Shown in pieces: positions 10,107-20,817 of a stretch of 64,000 nt of DNA. A program made the translations under genes and the position numbers. The stretch comes from an uncultured beta proteobacterium (GTDB taxonomy: Bacteria; Pseudomonadota; Gammaproteobacteria; Burkholderiales; Burkholderiaceae): the NCBI GenBank assembly GCA_903875135.1, contig CAIQUZ010000037.1, positions 19,606 to 83,605 of the forward strand, written 5' to 3'. The notes below the pieces were generated by a model, which ran no database searches, had not been told where the DNA came from, and was given only the letters and a program-made list of their open reading frames with translations. Every line of letters starts with the position of its first letter. Position 1 is the stretch's first letter.

Positions 10107-12475
10107 GACATCACCTCAGACTTTTTAGTCAATTTTTCTCTAGCCTGCATAATTGCAGCGTAAACCCTCGGTGGAGTCATTGGCGTTTCATTCAATTCTG
10201 CACCTATCGATTTAAGTGCATCACGAATGGCATTGGCTATAGCCGCTGGTGGAGCAATAGCTCCACCTTCTCCCATTCCCTTCATGCCATATTCCGTATG
10301 CTCTGATGGTGTAACCATATGGCCTATTTTTATTGCCGGTATTTCAGTTGCTCCCGGAATTAAATAATCAGCTAAGGTAGTTGCTAAGGGTTGGCCAGTT
10401 GCATTATATGGAATCTCTTCATAGAGAGCAGTACCTATCCCTTGAGCAATACCACCAACAATTTGACCATCGACAATTAAAGGATTTACCACCGTGCCAC
10501 AATCTTCAACAATTGCGTAATCTAATATATCCACTTTTCCAGTATCAACATCAACAGCCACAACTGCGACTTGTGTTGCATAGGTAAATACTCCAGTATC
10601 AATCTTGGGTTCATAAGTCACAAGAACTTCAAGTAAAGGATCTAGACCTTTTGGCAAAGCCTCCTGCCTTAAATGAGCTATTCGAGCCACTTCTTTTAAT
10701 GCAATGGAACTTGTGGGACCATGAATCAAGTCATCTTCAAAACGTAAATCTACTAATGAACAACCGAGTAAATGCGCGGCAATGATGCCAATTTTACTTT
10801 TGAGAAGTCGGCAGGCTTTGGCAACTGCACCACCAGCCATGACCATACTTCTTGAGGCAAAGGTTCCCATCCCAAACGCACTAGTCTGAGTATCTCCATG
10901 TCGAATACTCACATGAATTGGATCAATTCCTAGCTCCTCACAGGCAACCTGAGCGAGAGAAGTTTCCATACCTTGACCATGAGAAACAATCCCTACTGAA
11001 ATAATCAATGAGCCATCTGTCATCATCCGAGCTGATGCCGTCTCATAGCCTGGAATCACAGGAACTCCGCGAGAAACCCATTCGCCACAACCATGCGCCG
11101 TCTGCTCTGTAAAAGAAGCAAACCCGACACCAATCAATCGACCATCAGATTCGCCTTTTTGCTGACGCAATCGAATCTGCTTGAATTCAATCAATTCTGC
11201 AGCGCGACGAACTGATTCTGCATAGTTACCACTATCAAATAATAGATTGGTGATGTTGCGATACGGCATCGCTTCTTCTGGTACCATATTTTCCATACGA
11301 ACTTCGTAAGGTTCACGGCCAACAGCATGAGCAATTTCATCAATAATTCTTTCGATTGTAAAACACGCTGCCGGTCTTGCAACACCGCGATAGGCTCCAA
11401 TTGGTGATTTATTAGTAGCTACTGTAAATGTTTTAACGCGATAGTTTGGAACGACATATGGTCCTGGAATATTCCTAGAAGCCATGCCAGTCTCCATAAA
11501 AGGTCCATTCGGCCAATGCGAATAGGCGCCAGCATCCACATGAATATCGACATCTAGCCCTAGAATTTTTCCTTGAGAATCGGCGTACGCGGTCACTTTA
11601 TGATGATGTTCCCGGCAATGAATCGCCGTCATTAAATGCTCTCGCTTATCATCAATCCACCGTACGGGCTTTTTCAGTTTTAATGCTAATGCAACAACCA
11701 TTAACTCCTCAGGATAGAGCACTCGTTTAGCACCAAAGGCACCACCCATATCCGGTGTAATTAAGTGTAATTGGTTTTCATCAATACCCAAAGCTTGAGC
11801 CATTCCCACTCGAGTTTGGTGTGGGGATTGAGATCCAATGTAAACAACTAACTCATTTAAACGGTGATCCCACATTGCCAAAATAGCACGTCCCTCCAAA
11901 GGGGCAGCTGACTGTCGATTCATTTTAAAACTTCTTTCAATCGTGACAGTTGCCATTTGCTTTGCTGTCTCTATATCTCCATACTGATTGTGTTTAGAAA
12001 CATAAATATTGTCACCCCATTCATCACGAATTAAGGGCGAATCAGTCCGAGTTGCCTCTAATAAATCGACAACCGCTGGTAATTCTTCTATATCTACTAA
12101 AACAGAATCAGCTATATCTTCAGCGATAGATCGATTTTCTCCAATTGCCATTGCAATAGGCTCTCCGGCGAATCTTACCCGGTCAGTAGCTAATGCGGGG
12201 TGCTCAGAGTATTTGAAACCTTCAACCTTTGGAACTGCAATAATTGGCTTTACATTGGGAAAGTCACTTGCCTGAAAAACTTGATCTTTAAACTCCTCAG
12301 GTATTTGTAAACTCTTAATAATGCCGTGAGCATAAGAACTTCTTACAAAAGCAACATCAATAATCCCTGGAATCTGAATATCAGAAACAAATTGACCCTT
12401 GCCATGAAGATGACGAGCATCTTCTTTCCTTAATATTCTTGCCCCAACACCTTTACCTGGTTTATCCAATTTCAC
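10103..12475 (-). CDS. Xanthine-dehydrogenase-family molybdopterin large subunit (CoxL-like, not form I CODH)
   Basis: RKEDARHLHGKGQFVSDI, DMGGAFGAK, AYRGVARP, GQGMETSLAQ, GMGTFASRS, GQIVGGIAQGIG, KGMGEGG; the form I CODH motif AYxCSFR is absent. Confidence 0.93.
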   Translation of the reverse strand: MKLDKPGKGVGARILRKEDARHLHGKGQFVSDIQIPGIIDVAFVRSSYAHGIIKSLQIPEEFKDQVFQASDFPNVKPIIAVPKVEGFKYSEHPALATDRVRFAGEPIAMAIGENRSIAEDIADSVLVDIEELPAVVDLLEATRTDSPLIRDEWGDNIYVSKHNQYGDIETAKQMATVTIERSFKMNRQSAAPLEGRAILAMWDHRLNELVVYIGSQSPHQTRVGMAQALGIDENQLHLITPDMGGAFGAKRVLYPEELMVVALALKLKKPVRWIDDKREHLMTAIHCREHHHKVTAYADSQGKILGLDVDIHVDAGAYSHWPNGPFMETGMASRNIPGPYVVPNYRVKTFTVATNKSPIGAYRGVARPAACFTIERIIDEIAHAVGREPYEVRMENMVPEEAMPYRNITNLLFDSGNYAESVRRAAELIEFKQIRLRQQKGESDGRLIGVGFASFTEQTAHGCGEWVSRGVPVIPGYETASARMMTDGSLIISVGIVSHGQGMETSLAQVACEELGIDPIHVSIRHGDTQTSAFGMGTFASRSMVMAGGAVAKACRLLKSKIGIIAAHLLGCSLVDLRFEDDLIHGPTSSIALKEVARIAHLRQEALPKGLDPLLEVLVTYEPKIDTGVFTYATQVAVVAVDVDTGKVDILDYAIVEDCGTVVNPLIVDGQIVGGIAQGIGTALYEEIPYNATGQPLATTLADYLIPGATEIPAIKIGHMVTPSEHTEYGMKGMGEGGAIAPPAAIANAIRDALKSIGAELNETPMTPPRVYAAIMQAREKLTKKSEVMS

Positions 12476-12562
12476 TATCCTTCAAAAGATTATTCAATGA
12501 CATCTGTTGCACACAGGAATTTTTCTTTACTTTATAACAATCGTAGATATTACATGGGCTCT

Positions 12563-13564
12563 TTACAAAGGCTTTAATCCCATTTCTTTTACTAATTTTC
12601 CATATTTTTCAATATCACTATGACGTAAAGCCTTAAATTCATCGGGTGTTGTCAAATAAACCTCTGCACCAAGAGGTTGAATATGTTGACGCATTTCAGG
12701 GGTATTCATCGCTTCTTTTAAAGCCAAATTCAGCCTGTATACAATTTCTTTGGGCAATTTGGCTGGTGCTTCAATACCCATCCAGAAATTCATAGTTGCT
12801 GAAGGAAATCCAGCTTCCTTTGCTGTTTGCACGCCTGGCAATGAGGGAGATCTCTTCTCAGACATCACGAGTAATGGTCGAACCAGTCCGCCACGAATAA
12901 ATCCAATGGCAGAAGGTAAGGAATCAAATACCATAGATACTTGTCCAGAAATAACATCGGGAAAAGCCTGGCCGGATGACTTATAGGGAACGTGGACCAT
13001 ATTTAGTCCCGTGGCATTCATTAATATTTGGCCAGATAAATGTCCGGTGCTTCCGGGACCTGCAGATGCAAAACTTAAGTTATTTCTTCCAGCTCCTTTA
13101 CCATAAGCTACCAAATCATCAAAAGTCTTAACAGATAAATTATTATTCACGACTAATACATTTGGTGTAACGATGATTGTCCCAATTGGCGTAAAGTCAT
13201 CTTCATTGTGATACGTTAAGTCCTTTAACAATACTGGCGCTACAGAAATCATAGGAGGACTTGTTAACAAGAGGGTGTAACCGTCGGCAGGTGCTTTAGC
13301 AACTGCCGCAGCACCTATAGTTCCTCCCGCACCACCTTTATTTTCAACAACAACAGCTTGTTTCAAAACATTTCCCAAACTTTGAGCAAGTACTCTGCCG
13401 ATCGTATCGGATACCCCACCAGTCGCATAAGGCACCACTAATTTAATGGGCTTTGATGGATATTCGCTTTGTGCAAGCACATTAAAACTCGAGAACAAAA
13501 AGGCACTAAAAATCATACAAAAAGCAATTGCAGGACACTTTATAAACCTCTGTAAATTCAACAT
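12563..13564 (-). CDS. Bug/TctC tripartite tricarboxylate transporter substrate-binding protein
   Basis: Signal peptide; YPSKPIKLVVPYATGGVSD, VENKGGAGGTIG, APADGYTLL, HVPYKS. Confidence 0.93.
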   Translation of the reverse strand: MLNLQRFIKCPAIAFCMIFSAFLFSSFNVLAQSEYPSKPIKLVVPYATGGVSDTIGRVLAQSLGNVLKQAVVVENKGGAGGTIGAAAVAKAPADGYTLLLTSPPMISVAPVLLKDLTYHNEDDFTPIGTIIVTPNVLVVNNNLSVKTFDDLVAYGKGAGRNNLSFASAGPGSTGHLSGQILMNATGLNMVHVPYKSSGQAFPDVISGQVSMVFDSLPSAIGFIRGGLVRPLLVMSEKRSPSLPGVQTAKEAGFPSATMNFWMGIEAPAKLPKEIVYRLNLALKEAMNTPEMRQHIQPLGAEVYLTTPDEFKALRHSDIEKYGKLVKEMGLKPL

Positions 13565-13595
13565 TTATTTCTCCAATTTTTTAATACATGATTAA

Positions 13596-13946
13596 CTAGA
13601 TAGCTGCCATCGCGGTTATTTCAATTAAACATTTAGGATCATTAAGCTCTACCTTGCCACAACACCTTGTTGGAGTTTCATTCGGTATGACCCATGCATC
13701 CCAAACACGATTCATTGCCGCAAAATCATCCATGGACTTTAACCAAATCTGTGCAGAAATTAAACGTGACTTTGTAGTTCCCGCCTGCTCAAGTAAAAGT
13801 TGAATCTTTTCCAAAACTTGGCGGGTTTGATCTTCAATAGTTGTAGTTCTATCATCAGGAACTTGACCAGAAATATAAACAATACCATTGTGAATTAATG
13901 CTCTACTACGCCTTGCATTTTGATCAATACGAATAAAATCACTCAT
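13596..13946 (-). CDS. Rid (YjgF/RidA superfamily, YoaB-like) imine/enamine deaminase
   Basis: HNGIVYISGQV, IEDQTRQVL, DFAAMNRVWDAW, PTRCC (active-site Arg), LIEITAMAA. Confidence 0.88.
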   Translation of the reverse strand: MSDFIRIDQNARRSRALIHNGIVYISGQVPDDRTTTIEDQTRQVLEKIQLLLEQAGTTKSRLISAQIWLKSMDDFAAMNRVWDAWVIPNETPTRCCGKVELNDPKCLIEITAMAAI

Positions 13947-14038
13947 CTTTTAAGTCCCTTAACGTTCAATTATTTAAAAAATTCTCTGTTCAATAACATT
14001 TCTAGTTCATCAATAAAGTAAAACGCATTAAGTAATGC

Positions 14039-15613
14039 TTAAATTCCATACGCTCCACCACCTGCGGTTTCCATTAAAACCACATCTCCAGGTTCGAGAG
14101 CTTTAGGTTCAGTAGGATCCACAGCAACGCCATTAATTAACAACCGCCCCTGTAATCCGCCACCTCCACCAGCAAGTCCCGACGGGACAGATTTGAGCTG
14201 AGTCATTAAAAATGAAGCCGTCACACTTTTCGCCTCTTTTAATAGTTCAAATTCAAAACTAATTCCATCACCACCATTATGTATTCCTCGACCGCCGCTA
14301 TCGCGACGTATTTCGCGCCGCAACACCCTAATTGGTGCAGAACTTTCCATAACCTCTACTGGCGTATTGCCTAAATTGCCAGGAAATGACATAGCAGAAA
14401 AACCAGCTCTGCGAGCAGTTGCTCCTTGCCCAGCATTTAAAAAATTAACGACAGCAAATCTCTTGCCATTCCATTCTCCAGACATAGTCATCGAAGAGTT
14501 TGGCGAACCACCTGCCCAAACCTTTTCTGGTAATACCTCAGCAAGTGCCTTAAAAACAGCGGCTGGGAGTAAATGTCCGATAGCGCTGCGACCGCCAGAT
14601 GCGGCAGGATATGTAGGATTAAATAAAGAGCCTAAAGGCGCAGAAGATGTAAATGGCATAAAGCAACCTTCGTTGTTGGGTATATCTGCACACAACAAAG
14701 CCTTTAATCCATAAACCGTATAGGCAAAGGTATAAATTGGGACAACGTTCACTGCCCGAGCAATCTGAGGACTTGATCCAGTGAAGTCGATATGAATACT
14801 GTCACCTTGAACATTTAATTGGCATTGAATAATGAGGGGCTCTTCAAAACCATCATGTTGAACCGTGGAACGATATATACCATCAGGTATTTTACGAATC
14901 GCATCTCGCATTGCTTTTTCAGAGCGCTTACGTAATTCTGCTCCAAGAATTTTTAAATCAATAACCTGTAGCAAATCTTGTAAACGTTGTGACATCATTT
15001 TACAAGCGGATACTTGTGCCCATATATCCCCCATCCCTTGATCTGGGACACGAATATTTTGAGTAATCATTTCTATCAGCACCTGATTAGGCTCACCCGC
15101 GTCAAGTAACTTCATCATTGGAATCTGAAGCCCCTCTTCATAAATCTCCCGAGAACTATTACTTCTTAGCTTTCCGCCAATATCCGGGAGGTGAGAAACA
15201 ACTGCGGCAAAAGCCACTAACTTATCGTGATAGAAAATAGGCCTAACCGTAGTCACATCGTGAATATGGCCGGAACCCTTCCATGGGTCATTCGTTATAT
15301 ACACGTCGCCAGAAACCATGGTTTCTGGCGGATACTTATTCAAAAAATGTCGGACAGTCGCCGGTAAACAACCAATGAATCCAGGCAAACTCATCGTCGA
15401 TTGGGCCAAAGATCGACCCTCTACATCCGTTAAAACAATCGCAAAATCGTTACCATCTCGAACCAAGGTAGAAAAACAGGTCCGAACGAAAGCTGCTGAG
15501 GCCTCATCAACGACGCTAATGAGTCTCTTCCACAATATTTCAAGTTCTATAGAACTTAAGTTGTTTTCTGGAAGGATTTCTTGATTAAAGTTGGTTTGAG
15601 GTAATCGGTTCAT
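14039..15613 (-). CDS. Hydantoinase B / 5-oxoprolinase family subunit
   Basis: TNDPWKGSGHIHD, SHLPDIGG, EIYEEGLQIP, NTPVEVME, ETAGGGAYG. Confidence 0.92.
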   Translation of the reverse strand: MNRLPQTNFNQEILPENNLSSIELEILWKRLISVVDEASAAFVRTCFSTLVRDGNDFAIVLTDVEGRSLAQSTMSLPGFIGCLPATVRHFLNKYPPETMVSGDVYITNDPWKGSGHIHDVTTVRPIFYHDKLVAFAAVVSHLPDIGGKLRSNSSREIYEEGLQIPMMKLLDAGEPNQVLIEMITQNIRVPDQGMGDIWAQVSACKMMSQRLQDLLQVIDLKILGAELRKRSEKAMRDAIRKIPDGIYRSTVQHDGFEEPLIIQCQLNVQGDSIHIDFTGSSPQIARAVNVVPIYTFAYTVYGLKALLCADIPNNEGCFMPFTSSAPLGSLFNPTYPAASGGRSAIGHLLPAAVFKALAEVLPEKVWAGGSPNSSMTMSGEWNGKRFAVVNFLNAGQGATARRAGFSAMSFPGNLGNTPVEVMESSAPIRVLRREIRRDSGGRGIHNGGDGISFEFELLKEAKSVTASFLMTQLKSVPSGLAGGGGGLQGRLLINGVAVDPTEPKALEPGDVVLMETAGGGAYGI

Positions 15614-17728
15614 TTATTCAAACTCCTTAATAACAATCGAGACTGTTAAGTCCGAAAGAATAGTGACCTCTGATGCAACGGGGACCACAATTGTCGATTC
15701 ACGTTCTTCTAAAATTAACGGACCATTAATGGTTTGCCCTGCTTTTAATGAATAACGATCATAGACTGATGCCAATCCATACGCTTTTTTAAGGGGGAGA
15801 TAAATACTTCTTGTTTTTAACTCTAGATCTGCAGCATGCGTACGATTGTCACCCCACTCAAAATGATGACCTTCAACTTTTTCACTTCCCGTTAATCTCC
15901 AGGTGATGATCTGTGGATTGGCATTTGGAACCAATCGACCATACAATTTTTGATATTGTTCTTCAAATAAATTGAGGATAAGGTTTCCGGTCTCAGGACT
16001 TAAAGCTTGCCAATCAATGGCAATGGATATATCAGCGCCTTGACCGTAATAGCGCATTTCAAGTCTAATTTGCCAATGAATATCTTTAGCATTGGCCATT
16101 TCTAACTCCTTCTCAGCATCAATTTTGAGAATAGTTAAAGATTTTTCTATGGTTTGCCAGTCACAATTGGCGAGTAATTGTGGATTAGACCATGCTCGGT
16201 CAGCGCGAGCTGGTGCAGCTAACATACCTAAACATGATCCAGCACCTGCGGCAATTGGAATCAATACCCTGGGGATCCGAAGATTTCTCGCTACCTCAAC
16301 AGCATGCACGGGACCAGCGCCTCCAGTAGCAACCATCGCAAAATCTCTGGGATCATAACCATTTTCTGCAATATGGATGCGGGCGGCACTGGCCATATTC
16401 TCATTCACCATGTTGTAAATACCCCAAGCAGCATCTGTTTGAGATACTTCTAACTGATCAGCTAAATGCGTCATTTCAACTTTAGCTTGATGAGTATTGA
16501 GTTTCATCTCACCACCTAAAAAATTATCTGCACTGAGATAACCTAAAATTAAATCAGCATCAGTCACTGTTATATTTTTTCCACCTTGGTCATAACATAC
16601 AGGTCCAGGAACTGACCCAGAAGATTCTGGACCTACATTCAGAAGTCCTAATCGATTGATATAAGCAATCGATCCACCCCCAGCACCAATTTCTATCAGT
16701 TCTATACTTGGAATAAGAATCGGCAAACCTGAACCACGTTTAAATCGCTGTACTCGTGCACATTCAAAAAAATGCGCTACAGGTGCTTGCCCATCCACTG
16801 CAACACAGGCTTTTGCGGTTGTTCCACCCATATCAAACGCTAATACATGTTGTACCCCATTTTGACGAGCCGTATTAAGAGCAGAAAGGACTCCAGCAGC
16901 TGGGCCAGATTCTAATAATAAAATAGGTGTCTGAGCTGCAGCTTTCGCTGAAGTAAAACCTCCACTAGAAACCATGACTCTTAAAGGAACATCTTTTTGT
17001 ATTTGCTGAATTCGATCTTCAAGCTCTTCAAGATAAGAAGCTACGATGGGTTTGACATAGGCACTAGCAACAACGGTTGAGGTCCGCTCATATTCTTTGA
17101 TTTCCGATGCCACTTCTGAGGATAAGGAAATAGCAATATTCGGAAGAGCTTTCTGTAGGAATTGTCCCATTCGTTGTTCATGACTATCGTTCATATACGA
17201 ATGCACAAAAGATACTGCGATAGATTCCACATGCATCTTTCTTAACTCTGCCACAACTCTTTCAATTTCTTCTTGGGTTAAAACCTCAATAACTTCTCCC
17301 TGAGAGTTCAATCGCTCTTTTACTTCAATATGACAATTTGAATCAACTAACGCTTGAGGTAACTCAATATCTAAATCGTAAATATCGTAACGCCATTCCC
17401 GTCCAATTTCCAGAATGTCGCCCATACCTGATGTGGTAACTAATGCTGTTTTGGTTCCTTTACGCTCAATTAATGTATTTGTAATTAATGTAGTTCCATG
17501 CACAATTTCGGATAACTGAGGCGGATCAGAATTTAATGAGTGACTTACTTGCTCCAATAAGTTAATGATGAGCTTTGAGACAGCTTCTCCAGGATCAGTA
17601 GGTGTTGTCGGAGTTTTTCCAACCCATATGAGACCATTTGAGGATAAAGTGGCAACTCCATCAGTAAATGTCCCGCCAATATCGACTGCTATACGTAATT
17701 GATGAAGAATACTAGAAGATTTGTTCAT
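15614..17728 (-). CDS. Hydantoinase A / 5-oxoprolinase family ATP-binding subunit
   Basis: AVDIGGTFTD, HGTTLITN, ESGPAAG, DMGGTTAK, IGAGGGS, GGAGPVHA. Confidence 0.93.
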   Translation of the reverse strand: MNKSSSILHQLRIAVDIGGTFTDGVATLSSNGLIWVGKTPTTPTDPGEAVSKLIINLLEQVSHSLNSDPPQLSEIVHGTTLITNTLIERKGTKTALVTTSGMGDILEIGREWRYDIYDLDIELPQALVDSNCHIEVKERLNSQGEVIEVLTQEEIERVVAELRKMHVESIAVSFVHSYMNDSHEQRMGQFLQKALPNIAISLSSEVASEIKEYERTSTVVASAYVKPIVASYLEELEDRIQQIQKDVPLRVMVSSGGFTSAKAAAQTPILLLESGPAAGVLSALNTARQNGVQHVLAFDMGGTTAKACVAVDGQAPVAHFFECARVQRFKRGSGLPILIPSIELIEIGAGGGSIAYINRLGLLNVGPESSGSVPGPVCYDQGGKNITVTDADLILGYLSADNFLGGEMKLNTHQAKVEMTHLADQLEVSQTDAAWGIYNMVNENMASAARIHIAENGYDPRDFAMVATGGAGPVHAVEVARNLRIPRVLIPIAAGAGSCLGMLAAPARADRAWSNPQLLANCDWQTIEKSLTILKIDAEKELEMANAKDIHWQIRLEMRYYGQGADISIAIDWQALSPETGNLILNLFEEQYQKLYGRLVPNANPQIITWRLTGSEKVEGHHFEWGDNRTHAADLELKTRSIYLPLKKAYGLASVYDRYSLKAGQTINGPLILEERESTIVVPVASEVTILSDLTVSIVIKEFE

Positions 17729-17764
17729 AAGATGAATGTTATTTTTTAATGTATGTACTAGATA

Positions 17765-19177
17765 TCAATATGCAATCGTAATTAAACGCTCTTCTGTCAT
17801 TTCACGAGTCGCATAGGCAGGCCCTTCTCGACCAAAACCACTATTTTTTACCCCACCAAATGGCATGACGTCAGCACGTGCACTAGATGCTTCATTAATA
17901 TGAATACCACCAAACCTTAATCTTCTAGCAGTCTGAAAAGCTGTGGAAAGGTTACTTGTAAATAGGCCTACAGCTAAACCAAACGGACTATCATTTGCGC
18001 GCATCACTGCTTCATCAATATGATCAAACTCTAAAATGCTAATCACCGGCGCAAATATCTCCTCACAATAAACACGCATATCATCTTTTACATTGATAAG
18101 AATTGTTGGCTCCATCACATTACCAACACAAGTCCCACCTGACAATAATTGGGCGCCTGATTCAATCGCCTCTTTAACAAAGGACATGGCGCGCATCGCA
18201 TGCGCATGACTGATTATTGGTCCAATGATCGTTGCCCGATCAGACGGATCTCCAGCTTTCGCAGCTTTAGCTGCAGCAATAAGTTTCGGTATCAATGTTG
18301 CTGAAATTCGACGATCAACTAATAATTTTTGTACTGACGTACAAACCTGCCCCGCCTTACGGAATCCAGCATTAATGATTTTAGGAATCGCCATATCGAT
18401 ATCAGCGTCATGACAAACAATCGTACTGGCGATACTTCCAAGCTCTAGTTGGAGACCTCTTAAACCCGCTGCTTTCTGAATCTCAAGCCCGACTCGTGTG
18501 CTTCCAGTGAAGGCATAATAAGCAATTCTTTGATCAAGTAACAACTGTCGACCAATCGTTTCTCCAGATCCATTGACTAAGGCCAATAATGAAGAGGGTA
18601 AACCTGCCTCGATGAGTATTTTAAATAGCTCTACGGAAGTTAATGGTGTAATTTCAGAGGGTTTTAAGATAACGGCATTTCCACCAGCTAACGCGGGACC
18701 TACTTTATGGGCAACGGTATTGAGTGGCGAATTAAAAGGAGTTATTGCACAAATAACACCCCGCGGCATTCTGATGGTGTATCCAATACGGTTTTTCATT
18801 CCAGATGCAACTTCCATTGGAATTAACTCCCCATTCAGGTGCTTTGCTGCCTCTGCAGATAATTCCAAGGTTTGTACACAGCGACGCACTTCATTCTCAG
18901 CGTCTGGCATAGTAAACCCTGCCTCATTTTTCATCAATTCAGACAAAATATGAATGCGTTCTTTTGTTAATCGTGATGCTTGCATGAGGATCTGATAACG
19001 ATCATAAGGACTTAACTGATTGGATTCAAACCCCTTTAACGCTCCATCAACTGCTTCTATGACCTGTTGAACAGATGCAACTGCCATCTGCCCATATTCT
19101 TTTTCATGATATTTATCTTTTAATACTTGTACTGACTCACCATCTACCCAGTGTCCATTGATGAGAAGTTTAGACAT
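17765..19177 (-). CDS. NAD(P)-dependent aldehyde dehydrogenase
   Basis: ITPFNSPL, KPSEITP, FTGST, LELGSIAS, AGQVCTS (catalytic Cys), EEIFAPV, PFGGVKNSGFGREG. Confidence 0.95.
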   Translation of the reverse strand: MSKLLINGHWVDGESVQVLKDKYHEKEYGQMAVASVQQVIEAVDGALKGFESNQLSPYDRYQILMQASRLTKERIHILSELMKNEAGFTMPDAENEVRRCVQTLELSAEAAKHLNGELIPMEVASGMKNRIGYTIRMPRGVICAITPFNSPLNTVAHKVGPALAGGNAVILKPSEITPLTSVELFKILIEAGLPSSLLALVNGSGETIGRQLLLDQRIAYYAFTGSTRVGLEIQKAAGLRGLQLELGSIASTIVCHDADIDMAIPKIINAGFRKAGQVCTSVQKLLVDRRISATLIPKLIAAAKAAKAGDPSDRATIIGPIISHAHAMRAMSFVKEAIESGAQLLSGGTCVGNVMEPTILINVKDDMRVYCEEIFAPVISILEFDHIDEAVMRANDSPFGLAVGLFTSNLSTAFQTARRLRFGGIHINEASSARADVMPFGGVKNSGFGREGPAYATREMTEERLITIAY

Positions 19178-19188
19178 ATATGTGCCTC

Positions 19189-19815
19189 TTATTGTTTTAA
19201 AGATAAGGCTTGCATGAAGCCTAGTCGAATTTTTACAGGATCACGATCGGTCGAAACAGTTGGGGTTTTATCGTCAATTCGTGTTGCAATAAAATGAGGG
19301 CCATCATTCGTCAAAGCTTCATCAATTAATTGTTCGAAGTGTGCCTCATCTCTTGCCCACCAACTTTGAGTGATTCCTGAACTGCGGGCAACACTCACTA
19401 AATCAACACAAGAGTCAGTCAAGGTAGGTTGCTTTCCAGTAATTTGATACATTCCATTATCAAAAACAATCATCGTTAGGTTTTTTAAAGGCGTTCTTGC
19501 GACAGTCCCAAGTGCTCCTAACTGCATTAAAAGAGAACCGTCCCCTTCTAAAGCAAAGACTCTTCGTTTAGGTTGAGCCAAGGCAACACCAAAGGCAATC
19601 GGAATCGTCAAACCCATGCTACCTAGCATGTAAAAATTTTCAGGACGTTGACCGTTCGCCCAAAGATCAAAATTATTATTACCAATACCACCTATCACTG
19701 CTTCTTTGGTATGCAATTTTGATACTAGCCTCTTCGTTAAATCAAATCGATTCATAACCTGTACGTTTTCACGTGTACTAGATGGTTGAGTTAAATTAGT
19801 CATAGTCAATTTCAA
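19189..19815 (-). CDS. Split ThDP decarboxylase beta subunit (sulfopyruvate decarboxylase ComE / phosphonopyruvate decarboxylase-like)
   Basis: NFYMLGSMG, EGDGSLLMQLG...FDNGMYQITGKQPT (ThDP-Mg motif). Confidence 0.85.
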   Translation of the reverse strand: MKLTMTNLTQPSSTRENVQVMNRFDLTKRLVSKLHTKEAVIGGIGNNNFDLWANGQRPENFYMLGSMGLTIPIAFGVALAQPKRRVFALEGDGSLLMQLGALGTVARTPLKNLTMIVFDNGMYQITGKQPTLTDSCVDLVSVARSSGITQSWWARDEAHFEQLIDEALTNDGPHFIATRIDDKTPTVSTDRDPVKIRLGFMQALSLKQ

Positions 19816-20348
19816 GCCGATCGTTTAGTCAATAGAGGCGACAAAATCATTGCCGCTGGTGCTTGTGTTGCAAATGCTTGCTTAATCATATTGTCAATAA
19901 TAAATTCAACATCATTAAGTCTTTCAATCGCATAATTTTCAATTCCTAACGTATTCAAAACAGGACGCATGGTTCTACAAACAATGGCTTGACCAACCTG
20001 AAACTCGCCTAAAGTTCCACGCTCTGAAATCATCATCAACACAGGAATCTGAAATGGCACCGCCAAAGAAGCAAGAACATTAGCTAAAGTAGCAAACCCA
20101 CTAGTTTGCATCAGGGTAATGCCTCGTAAACCAGCCATATAACTCCCAGCGATAATACCAATTGCTTCCTCTTCGCGCGCTGGGGCAATCACCGTAAAGT
20201 ATGGATCAGCATGTAATACTTTTATTAATGGGGCTAATACTTTATCTGGAACATACGTAATCAGAGATACGTCGTTACTCTTCAGAACTCGCAGTACGAT
20301 GTCATACCAGGTTTCTTGTAGAGTATTAGAGGATTTATCAGTAGTCAT
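19812..20348 (-). CDS. Split ThDP decarboxylase alpha subunit (ComD-like)
   Basis: YVPDKVL, REEEAIGIIAGSYMAG, LMQTSG, IPVLMMISERG..GE...Q. Confidence 0.85.
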   Translation of the reverse strand: MTTDKSSNTLQETWYDIVLRVLKSNDVSLITYVPDKVLAPLIKVLHADPYFTVIAPAREEEAIGIIAGSYMAGLRGITLMQTSGFATLANVLASLAVPFQIPVLMMISERGTLGEFQVGQAIVCRTMRPVLNTLGIENYAIERLNDVEFIIDNMIKQAFATQAPAAMILSPLLTKRSA

Positions 20349-20385
20349 GAGTTATTTAAATTATTTCATTTTTTTATAGTGTGGA

Positions 20386-20808
20386 TCAAGAGGACTTAGC
20401 ATTAACTTCAGGGACAGGCATTAAAAAGGTTCCTCGACCACTAGCAATTAGTTTGTCATCTAAATCATAAATATAAGCTTCACAAACGGAGAACTGTTTA
20501 CCCAACTTAATGGCTTTCCCTTTCACAATTAAATCTCCAGGTTTTGCCATACGGTGATAATCAATCCTTAAATCGATTGTAGGAACGGGCTTTCCTATCG
20601 TTTCGAATAACACAAAATCTGCAGCAAAATCAATTAAGGCAGCTAATATCCCACCCTGAGTCTGCATGAATTTCAGATTAGCTACCCATTCTTCACGCCA
20701 GGTAGCACGAACTTGGATCGTCTCTTTATCAATACTCAAGACTTTTAAACCTAACCAACTTAGGTAGGGACCTCGATCAATCACTTCTTGAACTTGCTCA
20801 ATACTCAT
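20386..20808 (-). CDS. PaaI-family hotdog-fold thioesterase
   Basis: QGGILAALIDFAAD, PTIDLRIDYHR, LIASGRGTF; Gln where PaaI usually has His in HGG. Confidence 0.85.
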   Translation of the reverse strand: MSIEQVQEVIDRGPYLSWLGLKVLSIDKETIQVRATWREEWVANLKFMQTQGGILAALIDFAADFVLFETIGKPVPTIDLRIDYHRMAKPGDLIVKGKAIKLGKQFSVCEAYIYDLDDKLIASGRGTFLMPVPEVNAKSS

Positions 20809-20817
20809 CTTTACCTT

